A stretch of DNA of 64,000 nt from the NCBI GenBank assembly GCA_963674825.1, contig OY771587.1:3330864-3394863 (forward strand), written 5' to 3'. The DNA comes from Candidatus Cloacimonadales bacterium (GTDB taxonomy: Bacteria; Cloacimonadota; Cloacimonadia; Cloacimonadales; JAIOQZ01). Below are positions 1 through 11,050 of this stretch, piece after piece. How positions within the stretch are numbered: the first letter of the stretch is position 1; every line of letters starts with the position of its first letter. The notes beneath the pieces were generated by a model. The model searched no databases. It saw nothing but the letters and a program-made list of their open reading frames with translations, and was not told the origin of the DNA. The position numbers and the translations under genes were made by a program.

Positions 1-778
1 CGACGCTTGCATTGTTGTAACCGACTAAACCGCCGATGTTTGTGCTGCCGCCGACTGAACCTACCGAGTAGCAATCCTGGATGTCTCCGCCGGGAAAATT
101 TCCACCCACCAATCCGCCGACGTTGGATGTTCCCGAAACGCTGCCGGTCGCATAGCAGTCGTACAGCGTGCTGGAATTGCTTCCCGCGAATCCCCCAATA
201 TTGCTTGAACCGCTCACCGTGCAAGCGCTGTAGCAGCAGGATGCTTCGCCTCGTTTATCGCCGATCAGGCCGCCGCCGACGGTATTGCCTGCGACGCTTC
301 CCGTAGCGCAGCAATTTGTGACGGTTCCGCTGAGAAAATTGCCGATCAGTGAACCTATGGTGTTGTATGCATGTATATTCACGTCGAGGAGAACAAGGTT
401 CGAAATCGCCGCCTGGGAAATGTATCCGAAGAAGCCCTGGTTGTTCCCTGAGGGACGGTTGATGGTCAGGCCGCTGATCGAATGTCCCTGGCCGTCATAG
501 GATCCCTCGAAGTATTCGTGATCGATGGAGGAATTGCGATACCCCAGCGGCATCCATCCGGTACCGTTGTTCCAGGTACTTGTAGCGCTGGCGTCGATGT
601 CGTCAGTCTGAACGAACCATCGATCCCACTGGTTTTCATTCTCATAGACCCACTGGAGGTTGTCGAGCGAGGTTATTTGATATGGAGCCGTTTCAGTACC
701 GCTGCCGGATGGCTGTACCGCTGTCGCGAAAAGCAAAGAAAAACAAAGCATGAAAATTGCGCATATATATTTTGTCAT
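1..778 (-). CDS. Secreted GLUG-motif repeat protein, N-terminal part (gene runs off the left edge of the window)
   Basis: Not in the ORF track because it is open at the window edge. Reverse-strand ATG at 778-776 with GGAG 7 nt upstream. It translates to MTKYICAIFMLCFSLLFATAV (signal peptide), followed by repeated ...NIGGFAG.../...NVGGLVGG.../...NIGGLVGY... units typical of GLUG repeats. The plus-strand ORFs 7..784 are Arg/Cys-rich shadow ORFs. Confidence 0.7.
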   Translation of the reverse strand, partial: MTKYICAIFMLCFSLLFATAVQPSGSGTETAPYQITSLDNLQWVYENENQWDRWFVQTDDIDASATSTWNNGTGWMPLGYRNSSIDHEYFEGSYDGQGHSISGLTINRPSGNNQGFFGYISQAAISNLVLLDVNIHAYNTIGSLIGNFLSGTVTNCCATGSVAGNTVGGGLIGDKRGEASCCYSACTVSGSSNIGGFAGSNSSTLYDCYATGSVSGTSNVGGLVGGNFPGGDIQDCYSVGSVGGSTNIGGLVGYNNASV

Positions 779-1145
779 TCTTAATCTCCATACGGTGAAA
801 TTTATATCTCTAAAGATCTTGAGGTGGTATCTGTCAATATCTTTGTGGGTATAATGTGGTCGAATATCATTTTTTGATTCCCAATCTTTTTTATGAACAA
901 ATATTCATTTATACTCCCTGCCTATCAATGTCTCTTGCTCTTACAGGAGACGATTTCGTGGATAACAATAATGAGATCGGAGTTTCAGGTATTCGTGATT
1001 TTTACTGATAAGATAATGATTCACACCAATATATGATTCCATTCGTTCCTTGTTTCGATCCTCTTGCTGAGTGTACTATATATATGCACAATGAGTTTAT
1101 TCTGCATTGTTCGGTAAGCGATTTTAAGAAATACATGATAGAGAC

Positions 1146-1178
1146 GAGCAGCCTTGTGTTATTGATACAAGGCTGCTC
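1146..1178 (-). terminator. Stem-loop downstream of the giant gene (12-bp stem GAGCAGCCTTGT / ACAAGGCTGCTC, 9-nt loop)
   Basis: Perfect 12-bp inverted repeat 37 nt after the stop at 1215. On the minus strand it is followed by a T-rich patch (TTTCTTAAAAT), so the U-tract is weak. Confidence 0.6.
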
Positions 1179-1214
1179 TCAGGCATTTGAATGAGGAAAT
1201 GCTGTAACGTGAGA

Positions 1215-4200
1215 TTATTCCTTTCTCACGCTGGTATTATCGGCAGTAGGACGGATCGTTCTTGTTCTGGTATATGGCTCCGTATCGGATGTAACGTGGA
1301 AGAATCCCAATCCAACTTCAGGTAACTCGATTGTCCAGCATACACCTCCGGTTCGTATTGGTGTAAAGACGCCATTAGCACTTACATCAATCCATGGTCC
1401 GTCGGGGGACTCGGCTTGAAATACATGATAAGATATTGCACCATCGACGGCATCCCACATGATAACGACATCGTCTCCGGATCGTTGAAGTCGAACATTT
1501 TGCGGTGGCAGTAACCCGATGCTTTCTACGTGGAACATATACGGTTCAATCGGATTGCCGAGAACCTGGTTGCTGATGAAAACGATCGATTCGTCAGCGG
1601 TATAGACGACATCAAGATCGGGATCGTAGATACGGTACTGAATGGTTTCACCGATCGTGTTCGCGTACTGGGTCAGGAAGAATGTCCATTGATCCATAAC
1701 CTGCACCAGCGACGCCACACCGCGGCATTCATCTCCGCAGAAAGCTCCCAGGATGAAATTCTCGCTGTTCTGAAGCTCATCGTCGATTTGGACGACAGCA
1801 GTGATATTAGAGGAATACTCGTAGTCCAGCGGATCGAAATCCCAACCGGGAAGGTCTCTCGGTGACTTCACCAGATTTTGGTCATGCTGCTCAAGTGCCG
1901 GCTGCTCCCTCGGAATCGTGTAGTCGGGGTAGAAGAACGAGCCGCTTCCGGCGGTCTTCAGCATATAGCCTTCTCCGGGATTCATGAACAGCAATGAACC
2001 GTACCAGCCGTATCCTTCGATGTATTGGGAATAACCGGTCTGGTTTTTAATCAGGTCGCCCGAAACGAGACTTGGCATGTCTGCCAGCGCCTCATTCACG
2101 CTGATGCTCAGATGCGGCAGGTATCCGATCCAGTTCCAGCCGCTTCCGTATGTAATCGCTGTTGTCTGCGGATCATCGAGAAGACCGTTGCATTGTAGAT
2201 CGCTTTGCTCTGCCAGCTTGATCTTGAACATCTGCGTCGTTTCGATGCTCGATAGAGAACCGACCCAGCCGGTTCCTTCAACGTATTGGGCGTACTCGGT
2301 CTGGCTCTTGATAAGGTCGTTTTGAACAGGACCGAGCGATGAGAGGATGTTGTCCAGGAGCATCGAGCCCTGGTTTACGAGGTTGATTGAGAACCATGTC
2401 CATCCGCCGTGGCATTCGATGGTAGTGAACAGCTCGGGACAGACATCGAGCACGACCGGACTTAGCGATGTCCCATAAACCGCGCCGGAAAGGAAAACAT
2501 ACGTTTGATTGATCCCGAAATGCTCTTTGTTCTCGGAGGAATCCCAGGTTCGGAAGTAGAGTGTGTCGCCGTACTCTTCATCGCTGTGAACGGTCAGAAA
2601 AAACTGATATTCATCATCTACGAACGGCACATGGTGGATACTTGCGAATCCTCGGCATTGATACGAGCCATCCTGATCGAGAACGAATGCGCCAACGATA
2701 TCGTTCGTGTCGGTGGAAATCGTATCATCGATATTCAATTGGCCGGTGATGGTCATGGAGTATTCGAAATTGCTCAGCGGAGTCGCTACCCAAGAGGGAG
2801 GATTGGCGAGGACGCTTATGTCGAATACCAGCGGTTCTCTTCCCAGCCCGGGAATATCGGCATAGAGCGTGTCGCAGAAGGTTCCGTAACCGAGCTGTTC
2901 ATTGACGGTAAATGTCAGGCTCTGGCTGTCGAGCGGATAGAGCTGACCGTTCTCGACATCCACCGTTAGCCACTCAGGCAAGTCTTCGATGACGAAAGAG
3001 GAGGTCTGTCCGCCGCTGTTGATCAGCATCATATCGATCTCCATCTCCTCGCCCAGTGGCTTGATCGCTTCGACTTTGGTTTGCGACCACCCAACCGGAT
3101 TGGCATTTACGAAAAACTCCCAGGTCAACGCCTCCTCCAACGGATTGCCATAAAGGTCCGTGATGCCTTCCACGCTTGCTTGCACAAGATGATTCTCCAT
3201 CCACCAGAGCATGTCGGACGCTGGCGTGAGCACAATCTCGTTGTTGAAGACGCTGAAATCGCAGTTCAGCGGCATATAGTTATCCAGAATCGTCAGGCTG
3301 ATGTCGTCCGGATCAATGCCCACCGGATCGATCGCTTCAGTGAGAGACAGCAGTATCTGGTCGCCTAGCGACAGGATGCCGTCGCTTGGTTCCGGCGCAG
3401 TGAATGATGTCGGCGAGATACGGTCGATGAAGCCCTGTACGGGAGGGCAGTAGTAATTCTCGGTTTGCACGTAATCGGTCGCTCCTGCGCGAATTTCATA
3501 CGCTCCATCCGAAAGCAGGCTGACATCCCACGGAATCTGTATGTAGAAGGGGTATTCCGCTAAAACCGAATCGGGAATTACAGCAGCGGTAATCCAGTCA
3601 CGATTGCAGGTTTTCTTGTATTGCAGGAGAAGCGATTCCAGATAGGGTTTCTCGATATCATAGCCGGTCAGAATCACATTCAAGGTGTCGTTGTTTGCCT
3701 GGTTGATAATCCAGTCGTCGTTCGGAAACTGTATTTCCACTCGGCTATAGGGTGGTTCCCAATGTACGTCGAAGTACTTGTACACATAGAAGTAATGTCC
3801 ATCCGGGCCATCGTTTCCTCGGTCGCCCGGAGCGTAGAATTCCAGTGCCAAGTCTTCATAGTCGAATTCGTACGGTCCTCTTTCAACTGTCATCACCGCT
3901 TGAACAGCGCTACTGGGCGGAATATCGAACGCCATCTGTTCTTCCAGCGGCACACCGTTTATTTTCACCGTCGCGCCGCCCGGATTGCTGTCATGGTGCA
4001 TGGTCAGGTAGTATCGACGGTACTCTTCGCTCTGACTGGTATTTTGCAGACTGAGCAGGAATACTGCCTGATCGCCGTCCTCCAGACCCGATTGAGCATA
4101 TGTATTCGCCGTGAGATTCACGCCATCGCGAGGAAGCGTGTTCGGTTCCCAGCGGTTGGACGAAGCTCCGGCGATTGTCTCGAACACCGGCGTTCCATAA

Positions 4201-7200
4201 ACCGGATCGGTCTTGATATCGACAGTGAAGTAGTCGGAGAGGTAGTTCAGGGAGCTTGTCTCGTCGTCATCAGCGAGGACGAACGTGCTGGTGGTGCTCA
4301 TCTCGTTTTCGGTAGCGGTCGAATGCCCGATGGTCACGCCGGTTTCGAATGACCATCCCCCTGTTTCGCCCATGCCGTTCACCGTTAAGCCGAAATCCAT
4401 ACCGAATTCTTCAGATACTGTGGTAGTGAAATAGAACGTATTGGCTTCGGTTGAGGCACATGTTTCCTCGTAGGTATATCCAGCGCCAGCATTGAAAGAC
4501 ACGTTTGCAGGATGGTTGGGATTCGCTACAGCGTTTTCGATGTTGTCTTCGTTCATATCGAGGTAGGATTGCCACAGAGCGGCAGACGTTGTGTCGCCGA
4601 TCGCGATAAGGTTTGGGATCACGCTGAGTCGAATCTGGCTCTCGGTGTACATGTAGATGGTGTCGAACCCGTTGGGCGATACCATAACGCCCTGCGTGAG
4701 GTTGACGGAATTGGTGGAATCGATCCAGGCGACTTCCTTGGTGATGCCCCATACAAGGTTTACTGCGCCGCCGACGAAGAGGTCGGATTCCAGCCCGATG
4801 AGTTGGTTGTCCGGTGATGTGTTGTATTCTTCGGTGGTGGAGAAGGTGTATTGGGTTTCCGTATCGCATCCCATGCCCAGCTCGGCAGTGACCGACTGTC
4901 CGATATCAATCGTCGCGTCTATCTCGGTTTCGATGCTGTAGAACAATCCGGTGTCGAAAGAGAAATCCGGGCCCATGTGCATGGTCTGATGCTGGTTGTT
5001 CGCTATGGTCATTTCCGCTGACACCGACATCGAAACGCTGGTGCTGCTGGTCTGGCTGAAGGAGCTGTAGCTGCAATCGCCGGGAGGATCGTGTAGCACG
5101 AGGAATGGTAGCTCGGGTGAAGTCGTCGAGAAGGTGCTTTCCATTGGGCGAGTGCCTTCTGTTAACACCCAGTCGGTCTGAGTCGCATACCGATCCAGAT
5201 TGGTATCGTGCACGGTGAATTCAAGCATATTCTGGTGTTTGCGGTCACCGTTTGTGATAATATTTGGCAGGTAGGGCGCGAAGGTGTATGTGTAGTAGTT
5301 GTTCCCGTCGAAGTTATCTTCCGTTTCGCCTTGTGTTCCCACCTCGTCGGTTATCTGAATGTCGCAGTCAGTGATATAAGTGACAAAGGCGGGGCTTCCA
5401 GCAGCACGGTAATCCTCGAATGCCCGGACATTCACGCTGCACCACTCGTTTTGCGGAAGAACATAGAAACCGAATTCCTGATATTGATCATCATCCATGT
5501 ATTTTATATCGAGCGAGGTAGGCCATACAGCCTCAACTGTGAGATCGTTGTGCCAGACAATACTGACGGTATCCGGGGCAGTTTCGGTGTAGCGCAGATC
5601 GACATTGACCGTGCTGATATCCTGGAAACTCGGCAGCACGCCCAGACCGAAGGGATCATCCTCGGGATCCGCGGTCGCGGTGAGATTGTAGTTCAGTGGC
5701 GGTACATTGGTTATAGCGACGATTCCGCCACCCCAGGGGAGATTATCCTCTACCTGCGTGTAACGATCGCCCATCTCGCGGAGAAGGACATCGAACGATC
5801 CGATCGGATAACCATCATTTCCCCCCACGATGCGTAGCGCAAAGCTGACTTTCTCGGTGTCCCAGAAGTTGATTCCGGTTCGTGGGTAGGTTACGGCCCC
5901 GAGGTCCCACACGCGATCGAATTCATGTTCTTCGAACGAGACGCTCAATATTGCTTCGGTTCCATGCTCCAGATCCATGGTAAATTCACCATCTTCATCG
6001 ACCAGCGTCGGCGGAATGGTCGCCGAGCCATTGAGAAGGATCGATGCGCCTTCCACCGGCACTTGCGTATCGATATAGCGCACGATTCCCGATACACTGA
6101 TCATGGAGTTGTCCGTGAAATCGACGCCGTTCTGGCTAATGTTGCTATTGCTTAGCGTGACAAGCCTTTGCTCGGGTTGGAAGTTGTGTCCCGCTTTAGA
6201 CGGTGTGACAGTGAAGGTGGTGGCGGAGCCATAACTTAGTTGTGAGATCGCGTAATCCCCCCAAACATCGGTCACTGCGCCGGGAACGATGCCGGGTTCG
6301 TCGTCCGACCATGTTCCGGTGGTGAAGGTTCCTACATGGCTGTAATTGGTGCCATCGAATACATGATTCCCGGCACCCTCATTCATCGGCCAGTAGCCGA
6401 TCAAGCCTGTCTCGGACCAGGGCAGTATCAGGTTGCGCTGCAAATCGATTTTCGTTTGTGTTCGGGCGATATTGAAGAAGCGCAATTCGTCAATCGAGCC
6501 ATCTGCACCGACGTACAAATCATTCTCGAGAAAAGGTGTTATCGTTACGGTTTCGCTTACGATTTCCTCTGCGTCGATATAGAGCGTTAGAAGGGGCTGG
6601 GAGGCGTCGTAAACGACTGCAAGGTGATGCCACTGGTCATCGACAATGGACGATGTAGTGTCCGGCTGCTCCAGCAATGTAGTAACATTCATCGTCGAAT
6701 CAACTTGCACAAATCGAAGATAATCGCTTATTTCAGCGGTGACGACGAGCCCGATGTCCTGGTACATAATGGAAAAATTCGCTGTAGATAGTTTCACCCA
6801 GATTTCCCATGTGAAATCCTGGCTGGTATCCAGCTCAGGATCGTCGATAGATAATTCTCCATTCATCTCGAGGCATTTTCCCTGAGCTGGTGATACGGAA
6901 ACGATCACCTCGCTGACGGGATTGTCATTCGGTGTGCAGATATTCCCCGTGATGATACCGTTGGGCTTCATGTAGCCGTAATCGCTGTCTGAGGATGACG
7001 ATTCAGTACCAGCATAAGCTACGATGGAATACTCGTAGAACGTACCTGGGTTGGCGGTATAGTCGGCATACGAACGCGCGTCGGAGGTTATCGATTGAAG
7101 CTGTACGTTGTTGCGGTATACTCGGAAACCGGTCAAAGGCTGATAGTCGGAATTGAACTCCCATTCGAGATATACGTAGCCATTGTAGTTGTTGTTACCG

Positions 7201-10200
7201 TCGGACGCGGTCATATTCCACGGCGTCATCATTCCCTGGTATTCGTATGCTCCTATATCGATGCGGTTCGATACGCTCTGGGCGTGTTCGTAGATGCGCG
7301 GATTACCAATATAGTCGATATCGGGAAGATCGAGAAATCCGCCGTCGATGAATCCTGCGTTGAGACAAGGTGATGTACTGGTAAGCTGGTATGGATTGAC
7401 TCCGCTACCCACGAATTGCGGATCGTCGCTGATATTGCCGCTTCCTTCAGCGCCGCCCTCGACGCAGCAATAGCGAATGTCCATGTTGCCGGAGAGCGGT
7501 GAATCGCCGTTGTCCCAGATGATACAGCTTGCGATGTCCGGCTCGGCAGTACCCGATGTGCGAATCGCGTTTCCCACGGGCGCATCGCTGAATAAGATAT
7601 CGAGATTGTACAGCCCCGGGTTGCCATCAATAATGTAGAATGCGCCGCCAGAAACGGTTGCTTTGCTGGAAAGAACAAGCCCGTTGAGGATGTTGGCATA
7701 GCTGTCGTGGATATATGCTGCACCTCCGATATCGGCGTTGCCGTTGAGCAGCATGCAATTCTTGATCGTAAGATTGTCGTAACCGTCGATGCAGAGGTTT
7801 CCGCCATGCGGCTTGAATGGGTTAACGTCGTTACCGTTCCAGATGTTGATGAATTCAGCGTAGCTGCTGTCTGCGGAATTGCCGAAGTAGATACCGCCCC
7901 AGCCAGCACCTTCAGTTGATTCGTTGAACGTGATTTTTTGATAAAGGGTTCCGTTTGCCTGCAATGCGCCATAGATTCCCAAGAGTGAATCAGAGGTGAA
8001 TCGCAGTGTCGAATAAGGATTGACGGTCAGCGTGTATCCCTCTGCAATTGCGATGGGGACGTTGATTGTAACCTGTCCGCTAAGCGTAATATCCTGCGGG
8101 ATGAGTCCACGTCCAGTCTGCTCTTCGTAAGCGCCGACATCGGTGGTGTTCAAGATGGTGTCGATGGTGGAATTGATGCTGGATGGGCTTGAAAGCACAC
8201 GCGAATTCCCCAGGAAATCGGTGTCCAGAATACCGTCATACATCTCGCCGCGGTTGATACAGGGCGATGTATCGGAGATTTGATAGGGCGTGCTTCCTGA
8301 GATGAAGTCGGGGTCGAGATCGAAGCAGTCGGTATAGGATCCATTGAAATCAGCAACCCCGTCGCCTTCGAATCCTTCGAATCCGCCTTCGATATCGCAG
8401 TGCCGGAAATCGGGATGCCAGGAGGATGCATCGAGATAGACCTGATCGCCGCTGGGAGCTTCGTTGCCACGGATGATCGTGTTGACGATACTGCAATCGC
8501 AGACAATGTTGACATGCAGTCCACCGCCGCTGACAGTCGCTTCGTTATCGACGATGGTATTGTTCCAGAGGTGCTCAGACCGCTGATAGCACATGTACAT
8601 TCCACCACCGTATTCCGCTTCGTTCTCGTAGATGATATTATCCTGTACAATCGGAAAGAACCACGTGTCGCCCATGTTTTGGAAGCCAATGCCGCCACCA
8701 TACTGCGCTTCATTGTGGCAGATTTCATTTCCGTGGATGACGATATCCTGATAATCGACGCCATGCAGACCTATTCCACCGCCGCTCTCGGTCGCGAAGT
8801 TGTGCGCGATGTAATTGCTGCGGATCACGGGCATAAACTGAGGATTGTGTTGTTCGCTGTTGTAGGTGAAGCTGGCGATACCACCGCCGAGTCCGTTGGA
8901 GAAATTGTTAACGATACGGCAGTTTTCGACATGGCAGTACGATTCCCCGAAACAGATCGCGCCGCCCTGGGTGATGACTTGGTTGAAGTCTTGGTCGTAA
9001 AGAGCTTTATTGTAACTGAAGACACTGCCGGTGACCATGCATTCAGAGAGATCGTTGATCCACAGAGCGCCACCTTTTTTGTAGGCGTAGTTATAGCTGA
9101 ATCGCGAGTTGGAAATCCGCCAGCCGCCGTTGCTGTTGATGAACATCGCGCCACCGCAGAATCGTTCATTGTCGTCGTCGCCGAGTTGTGCCACCGCTTT
9201 GCCGTGATCCAGGATGCAGTGATCGAAGATAGTCGAATCCTGACTGGAAGCGATATTGAGCGTGATACCCGCCCAGCTTCCGTCCGGCGCAATCGGGTAG
9301 GTACCTGATATGTTGTGGAATCCTGTCGTATCCGCAATTGTGAAGCGGATGGAGTCTGCTTCGGTTCCGAGCGCCTGCAGCGCGCCTTGAACCAGAATAC
9401 CATAATGATCCTGGAAGATTACCGTGGTTCCCGGTAGCAGGGACATCGTCTCGCCGGCGGGAATAGTGAGATCGTCCCAAACGGTTACATTAGTCGAGGT
9501 AATCTCCTGTTCTTCATCGTATATTCCCCCGAGGTAGAATCCTCCGATGGGGCAGGTCGATTCCAGGTCGGGTGTTTCGCTGGAAACCTGTATGCAGACA
9601 GCGTTGAAGGGTCCCGCCAAATTATAGACAGGACGATGGATAACTTCGTTAAAGGTGTAGTTCGCTACCAGGTCTGTTTCCGGGTCGGTCAGCGAGATGT
9701 GTCGGTTGTTCCAGATTTCGGATGCCGATCGGGCTGTTTTCCATATCCGTACTTCGTCGATATAGCCTTCGAAAATCTGTGAGGATCCGGCTTTGGAACC
9801 AATTGAGCCAAGCGGACTGCCATCAGGATCTTTGATCGTAGTGCCCTGAGCCTGGGTGCTGTTGCTCATGTTGACGCCATTGATATAAAGGGAACTGGTT
9901 CCGCCGGTATCCACGACCAGCGCCACGTGGTACCACCGCCCGGGATTGAGCCCGTCCCAGGATAACGACATCGTTTCGGCAGATCCGCTGCGATCCAGTG
10001 TCGCTTGCCCATACACGGTTGTATTGTTGGTATAAATCTCGAATTCCCCATGATCGCCGTGATAAAGAATCGTGCGGTTGGATGAGTCTAACTCGGAGAG
10101 ATTAAACCAAGCCTCAGCAGTGATTGCATTGGGTGGGGTTGTCCATAGTGGATTGAATATCACGCGCTGACAATCGTCTCCGTATTGCAGCATTCTGTCG

Positions 10201-10931
10201 TTCAATGTCCAAACATAGGAAACATTTGAGTCGTCCCACCAGCCGCCTTCATGTAGCGTTCCGTTATTGTTGCCCGTCTCGTCATGGATTGTCGTGGATT
10301 CGTCGTCCATCTTGTAGTAAGCGACGAGGCCAGGTTCGCTACCCGCAAGGTGGTTGTATTTATTCGCGGTCAATTGCTCCGGGGTTCGGGCTATATTCCA
10401 CAGTCGTATCTCATCGAGATATCCGTTGAAGAATCTTCCCGGCATCTGGTAGTTATTGCCGATATACACAGGATAGTTATTCGTAGCAGTACCCGAAACC
10501 GTCGTTGTGCTGTGAAGAACACCATCGATATACATACTGAGCAGGATTCCGTTTTTAACAATTTCGATGTGATGCCAGAAACCACCGAAATAACCGGCAT
10601 TGGTGAAATCGCATTTCGATGGGTCAGAGGTTACGCTGGCGCTTCCGTACGTGAAGCGAATTTGATCCGTTTCGTCATAGCGATGCAGTCTCCAGCTATT
10701 GTCTCCCTTGGCGATGATCGTCTGCCACGGCATATCGAATCCGCTGATAATCACCCATAATTCCAGTGTCATGTTAGTGGTGAAATCGAAATTGGATTCA
10801 TTGGGCAATACGATGTAACCACCGGAATTATTGAAATGATAGCACTTATCAAAATAGGACTCCATCTGTCCATGAAGTGATAAGGATAAACTCATCAATA
10901 CCAGGACGAAAAGAAATGTAGTTTTGCGCAT
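1215..10931 (-). CDS. Giant (3238 aa) secreted surface protein with multiple LamG/ConA-like lectin modules, parallel beta-helix repeats and an FN3-like module
   Basis: Uninterrupted 9.7-kb ORF with an AAGGAGAGG RBS and signal peptide MRKTTFLFVLVLMSLSLSLHG. The LamG signature recurs (LDEIRLWNIART, IDEVRIWKTARS, IDELRFFNIARTQ). Long series of GGA/GGG-turn repeats (GGALWIN, GGAICF, GGGIASF, GGGIGLH, GGGIGFQ, GGGMYM, GGGLHV) are typical of a right-handed beta-helix. The C-terminal region has an FN3-like stretch, PPQNVRLQRSGDDVVIMWDAVDGAISYHVF. I could not recognise a T9SS CTD. Confidence 0.9.
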   Translation of the reverse strand: MRKTTFLFVLVLMSLSLSLHGQMESYFDKCYHFNNSGGYIVLPNESNFDFTTNMTLELWVIISGFDMPWQTIIAKGDNSWRLHRYDETDQIRFTYGSASVTSDPSKCDFTNAGYFGGFWHHIEIVKNGILLSMYIDGVLHSTTTVSGTATNNYPVYIGNNYQMPGRFFNGYLDEIRLWNIARTPEQLTANKYNHLAGSEPGLVAYYKMDDESTTIHDETGNNNGTLHEGGWWDDSNVSYVWTLNDRMLQYGDDCQRVIFNPLWTTPPNAITAEAWFNLSELDSSNRTILYHGDHGEFEIYTNNTTVYGQATLDRSGSAETMSLSWDGLNPGRWYHVALVVDTGGTSSLYINGVNMSNSTQAQGTTIKDPDGSPLGSIGSKAGSSQIFEGYIDEVRIWKTARSASEIWNNRHISLTDPETDLVANYTFNEVIHRPVYNLAGPFNAVCIQVSSETPDLESTCPIGGFYLGGIYDEEQEITSTNVTVWDDLTIPAGETMSLLPGTTVIFQDHYGILVQGALQALGTEADSIRFTIADTTGFHNISGTYPIAPDGSWAGITLNIASSQDSTIFDHCILDHGKAVAQLGDDDNERFCGGAMFINSNGGWRISNSRFSYNYAYKKGGALWINDLSECMVTGSVFSYNKALYDQDFNQVITQGGAICFGESYCHVENCRIVNNFSNGLGGGIASFTYNSEQHNPQFMPVIRSNYIAHNFATESGGGIGLHGVDYQDIVIHGNEICHNEAQYGGGIGFQNMGDTWFFPIVQDNIIYENEAEYGGGMYMCYQRSEHLWNNTIVDNEATVSGGGLHVNIVCDCSIVNTIIRGNEAPSGDQVYLDASSWHPDFRHCDIEGGFEGFEGDGVADFNGSYTDCFDLDPDFISGSTPYQISDTSPCINRGEMYDGILDTDFLGNSRVLSSPSSINSTIDTILNTTDVGAYEEQTGRGLIPQDITLSGQVTINVPIAIAEGYTLTVNPYSTLRFTSDSLLGIYGALQANGTLYQKITFNESTEGAGWGGIYFGNSADSSYAEFINIWNGNDVNPFKPHGGNLCIDGYDNLTIKNCMLLNGNADIGGAAYIHDSYANILNGLVLSSKATVSGGAFYIIDGNPGLYNLDILFSDAPVGNAIRTSGTAEPDIASCIIWDNGDSPLSGNMDIRYCCVEGGAEGSGNISDDPQFVGSGVNPYQLTSTSPCLNAGFIDGGFLDLPDIDYIGNPRIYEHAQSVSNRIDIGAYEYQGMMTPWNMTASDGNNNYNGYVYLEWEFNSDYQPLTGFRVYRNNVQLQSITSDARSYADYTANPGTFYEYSIVAYAGTESSSSDSDYGYMKPNGIITGNICTPNDNPVSEVIVSVSPAQGKCLEMNGELSIDDPELDTSQDFTWEIWVKLSTANFSIMYQDIGLVVTAEISDYLRFVQVDSTMNVTTLLEQPDTTSSIVDDQWHHLAVVYDASQPLLTLYIDAEEIVSETVTITPFLENDLYVGADGSIDELRFFNIARTQTKIDLQRNLILPWSETGLIGYWPMNEGAGNHVFDGTNYSHVGTFTTGTWSDDEPGIVPGAVTDVWGDYAISQLSYGSATTFTVTPSKAGHNFQPEQRLVTLSNSNISQNGVDFTDNSMISVSGIVRYIDTQVPVEGASILLNGSATIPPTLVDEDGEFTMDLEHGTEAILSVSFEEHEFDRVWDLGAVTYPRTGINFWDTEKVSFALRIVGGNDGYPIGSFDVLLREMGDRYTQVEDNLPWGGGIVAITNVPPLNYNLTATADPEDDPFGLGVLPSFQDISTVNVDLRYTETAPDTVSIVWHNDLTVEAVWPTSLDIKYMDDDQYQEFGFYVLPQNEWCSVNVRAFEDYRAAGSPAFVTYITDCDIQITDEVGTQGETEDNFDGNNYYTYTFAPYLPNIITNGDRKHQNMLEFTVHDTNLDRYATQTDWVLTEGTRPMESTFSTTSPELPFLVLHDPPGDCSYSSFSQTSSTSVSMSVSAEMTIANNQHQTMHMGPDFSFDTGLFYSIETEIDATIDIGQSVTAELGMGCDTETQYTFSTTEEYNTSPDNQLIGLESDLFVGGAVNLVWGITKEVAWIDSTNSVNLTQGVMVSPNGFDTIYMYTESQIRLSVIPNLIAIGDTTSAALWQSYLDMNEDNIENAVANPNHPANVSFNAGAGYTYEETCASTEANTFYFTTTVSEEFGMDFGLTVNGMGETGGWSFETGVTIGHSTATENEMSTTSTFVLADDDETSSLNYLSDYFTVDIKTDPVYGTPVFETIAGASSNRWEPNTLPRDGVNLTANTYAQSGLEDGDQAVFLLSLQNTSQSEEYRRYYLTMHHDSNPGGATVKINGVPLEEQMAFDIPPSSAVQAVMTVERGPYEFDYEDLALEFYAPGDRGNDGPDGHYFYVYKYFDVHWEPPYSRVEIQFPNDDWIINQANNDTLNVILTGYDIEKPYLESLLLQYKKTCNRDWITAAVIPDSVLAEYPFYIQIPWDVSLLSDGAYEIRAGATDYVQTENYYCPPVQGFIDRISPTSFTAPEPSDGILSLGDQILLSLTEAIDPVGIDPDDISLTILDNYMPLNCDFSVFNNEIVLTPASDMLWWMENHLVQASVEGITDLYGNPLEEALTWEFFVNANPVGWSQTKVEAIKPLGEEMEIDMMLINSGGQTSSFVIEDLPEWLTVDVENGQLYPLDSQSLTFTVNEQLGYGTFCDTLYADIPGLGREPLVFDISVLANPPSWVATPLSNFEYSMTITGQLNIDDTISTDTNDIVGAFVLDQDGSYQCRGFASIHHVPFVDDEYQFFLTVHSDEEYGDTLYFRTWDSSENKEHFGINQTYVFLSGAVYGTSLSPVVLDVCPELFTTIECHGGWTWFSINLVNQGSMLLDNILSSLGPVQNDLIKSQTEYAQYVEGTGWVGSLSSIETTQMFKIKLAEQSDLQCNGLLDDPQTTAITYGSGWNWIGYLPHLSISVNEALADMPSLVSGDLIKNQTGYSQYIEGYGWYGSLLFMNPGEGYMLKTAGSGSFFYPDYTIPREQPALEQHDQNLVKSPRDLPGWDFDPLDYEYSSNITAVVQIDDELQNSENFILGAFCGDECRGVASLVQVMDQWTFFLTQYANTIGETIQYRIYDPDLDVVYTADESIVFISNQVLGNPIEPYMFHVESIGLLPPQNVRLQRSGDDVVIMWDAVDGAISYHVFQAESPDGPWIDVSANGVFTPIRTGGVCWTIELPEVGLGFFHVTSDTEPYTRTRTIRPTADNTSVRKE

Positions 10932-10970
10932 AATCCTCTCCTTGCAACGTACTTTTTCTGTTTTATAATA

Positions 10971-10986
10971 TGCAGGGGTTGTGCCA
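10971..10986 (-). promoter_or_regulatory. Sigma-54 (-24/-12) promoter of the giant surface-protein gene
   Basis: The minus strand reads TGGCAC-aaccc-CTGCA. The GG and GC dinucleotides are at the canonical 12-nt offset, about 40 nt upstream of the ATG at 10931. Confidence 0.7.
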
Positions 10987-11050
10987 TATTCCGTGCGCGC
11001 TGTATCGCTTTAATAGCGCGATTTGATGAGCCTGATTCAAGGTTTTGGGT

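Noticed and set aside
7-784. Three plus-strand ORFs (99, 71 and 100 aa) at the left edge
   Set aside because: They are Arg/Cys/Pro-rich low-complexity translations. The opposite strand encodes a coherent signal peptide + GLUG-repeat protein with a good RBS, so these are shadow ORFs.
779-1145. Possible sRNA or small ORF (40-aa ATG at 893) in the 430-bp AT-rich spacer with a TATAAT at 851
   Set aside because: There is no RBS, no conserved-looking peptide and no terminator with a U-tract on the plus strand. The spacer most likely just holds the promoter of the GLUG gene and the terminator of the giant gene.
3621-9308. Many 60-300-aa ORFs inside or antisense to the giant gene (for example 3621..4352 +, 8400..9308 +, 7253..7972 -, 8150..8764 -)
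   Set aside because: All are nested in a single uninterrupted 9.7-kb frame with consistent domain content. Their compositions (Ser/Thr/Arg-rich, or V/D/I-rich mirror repeats) are typical of alternative-frame artefacts.
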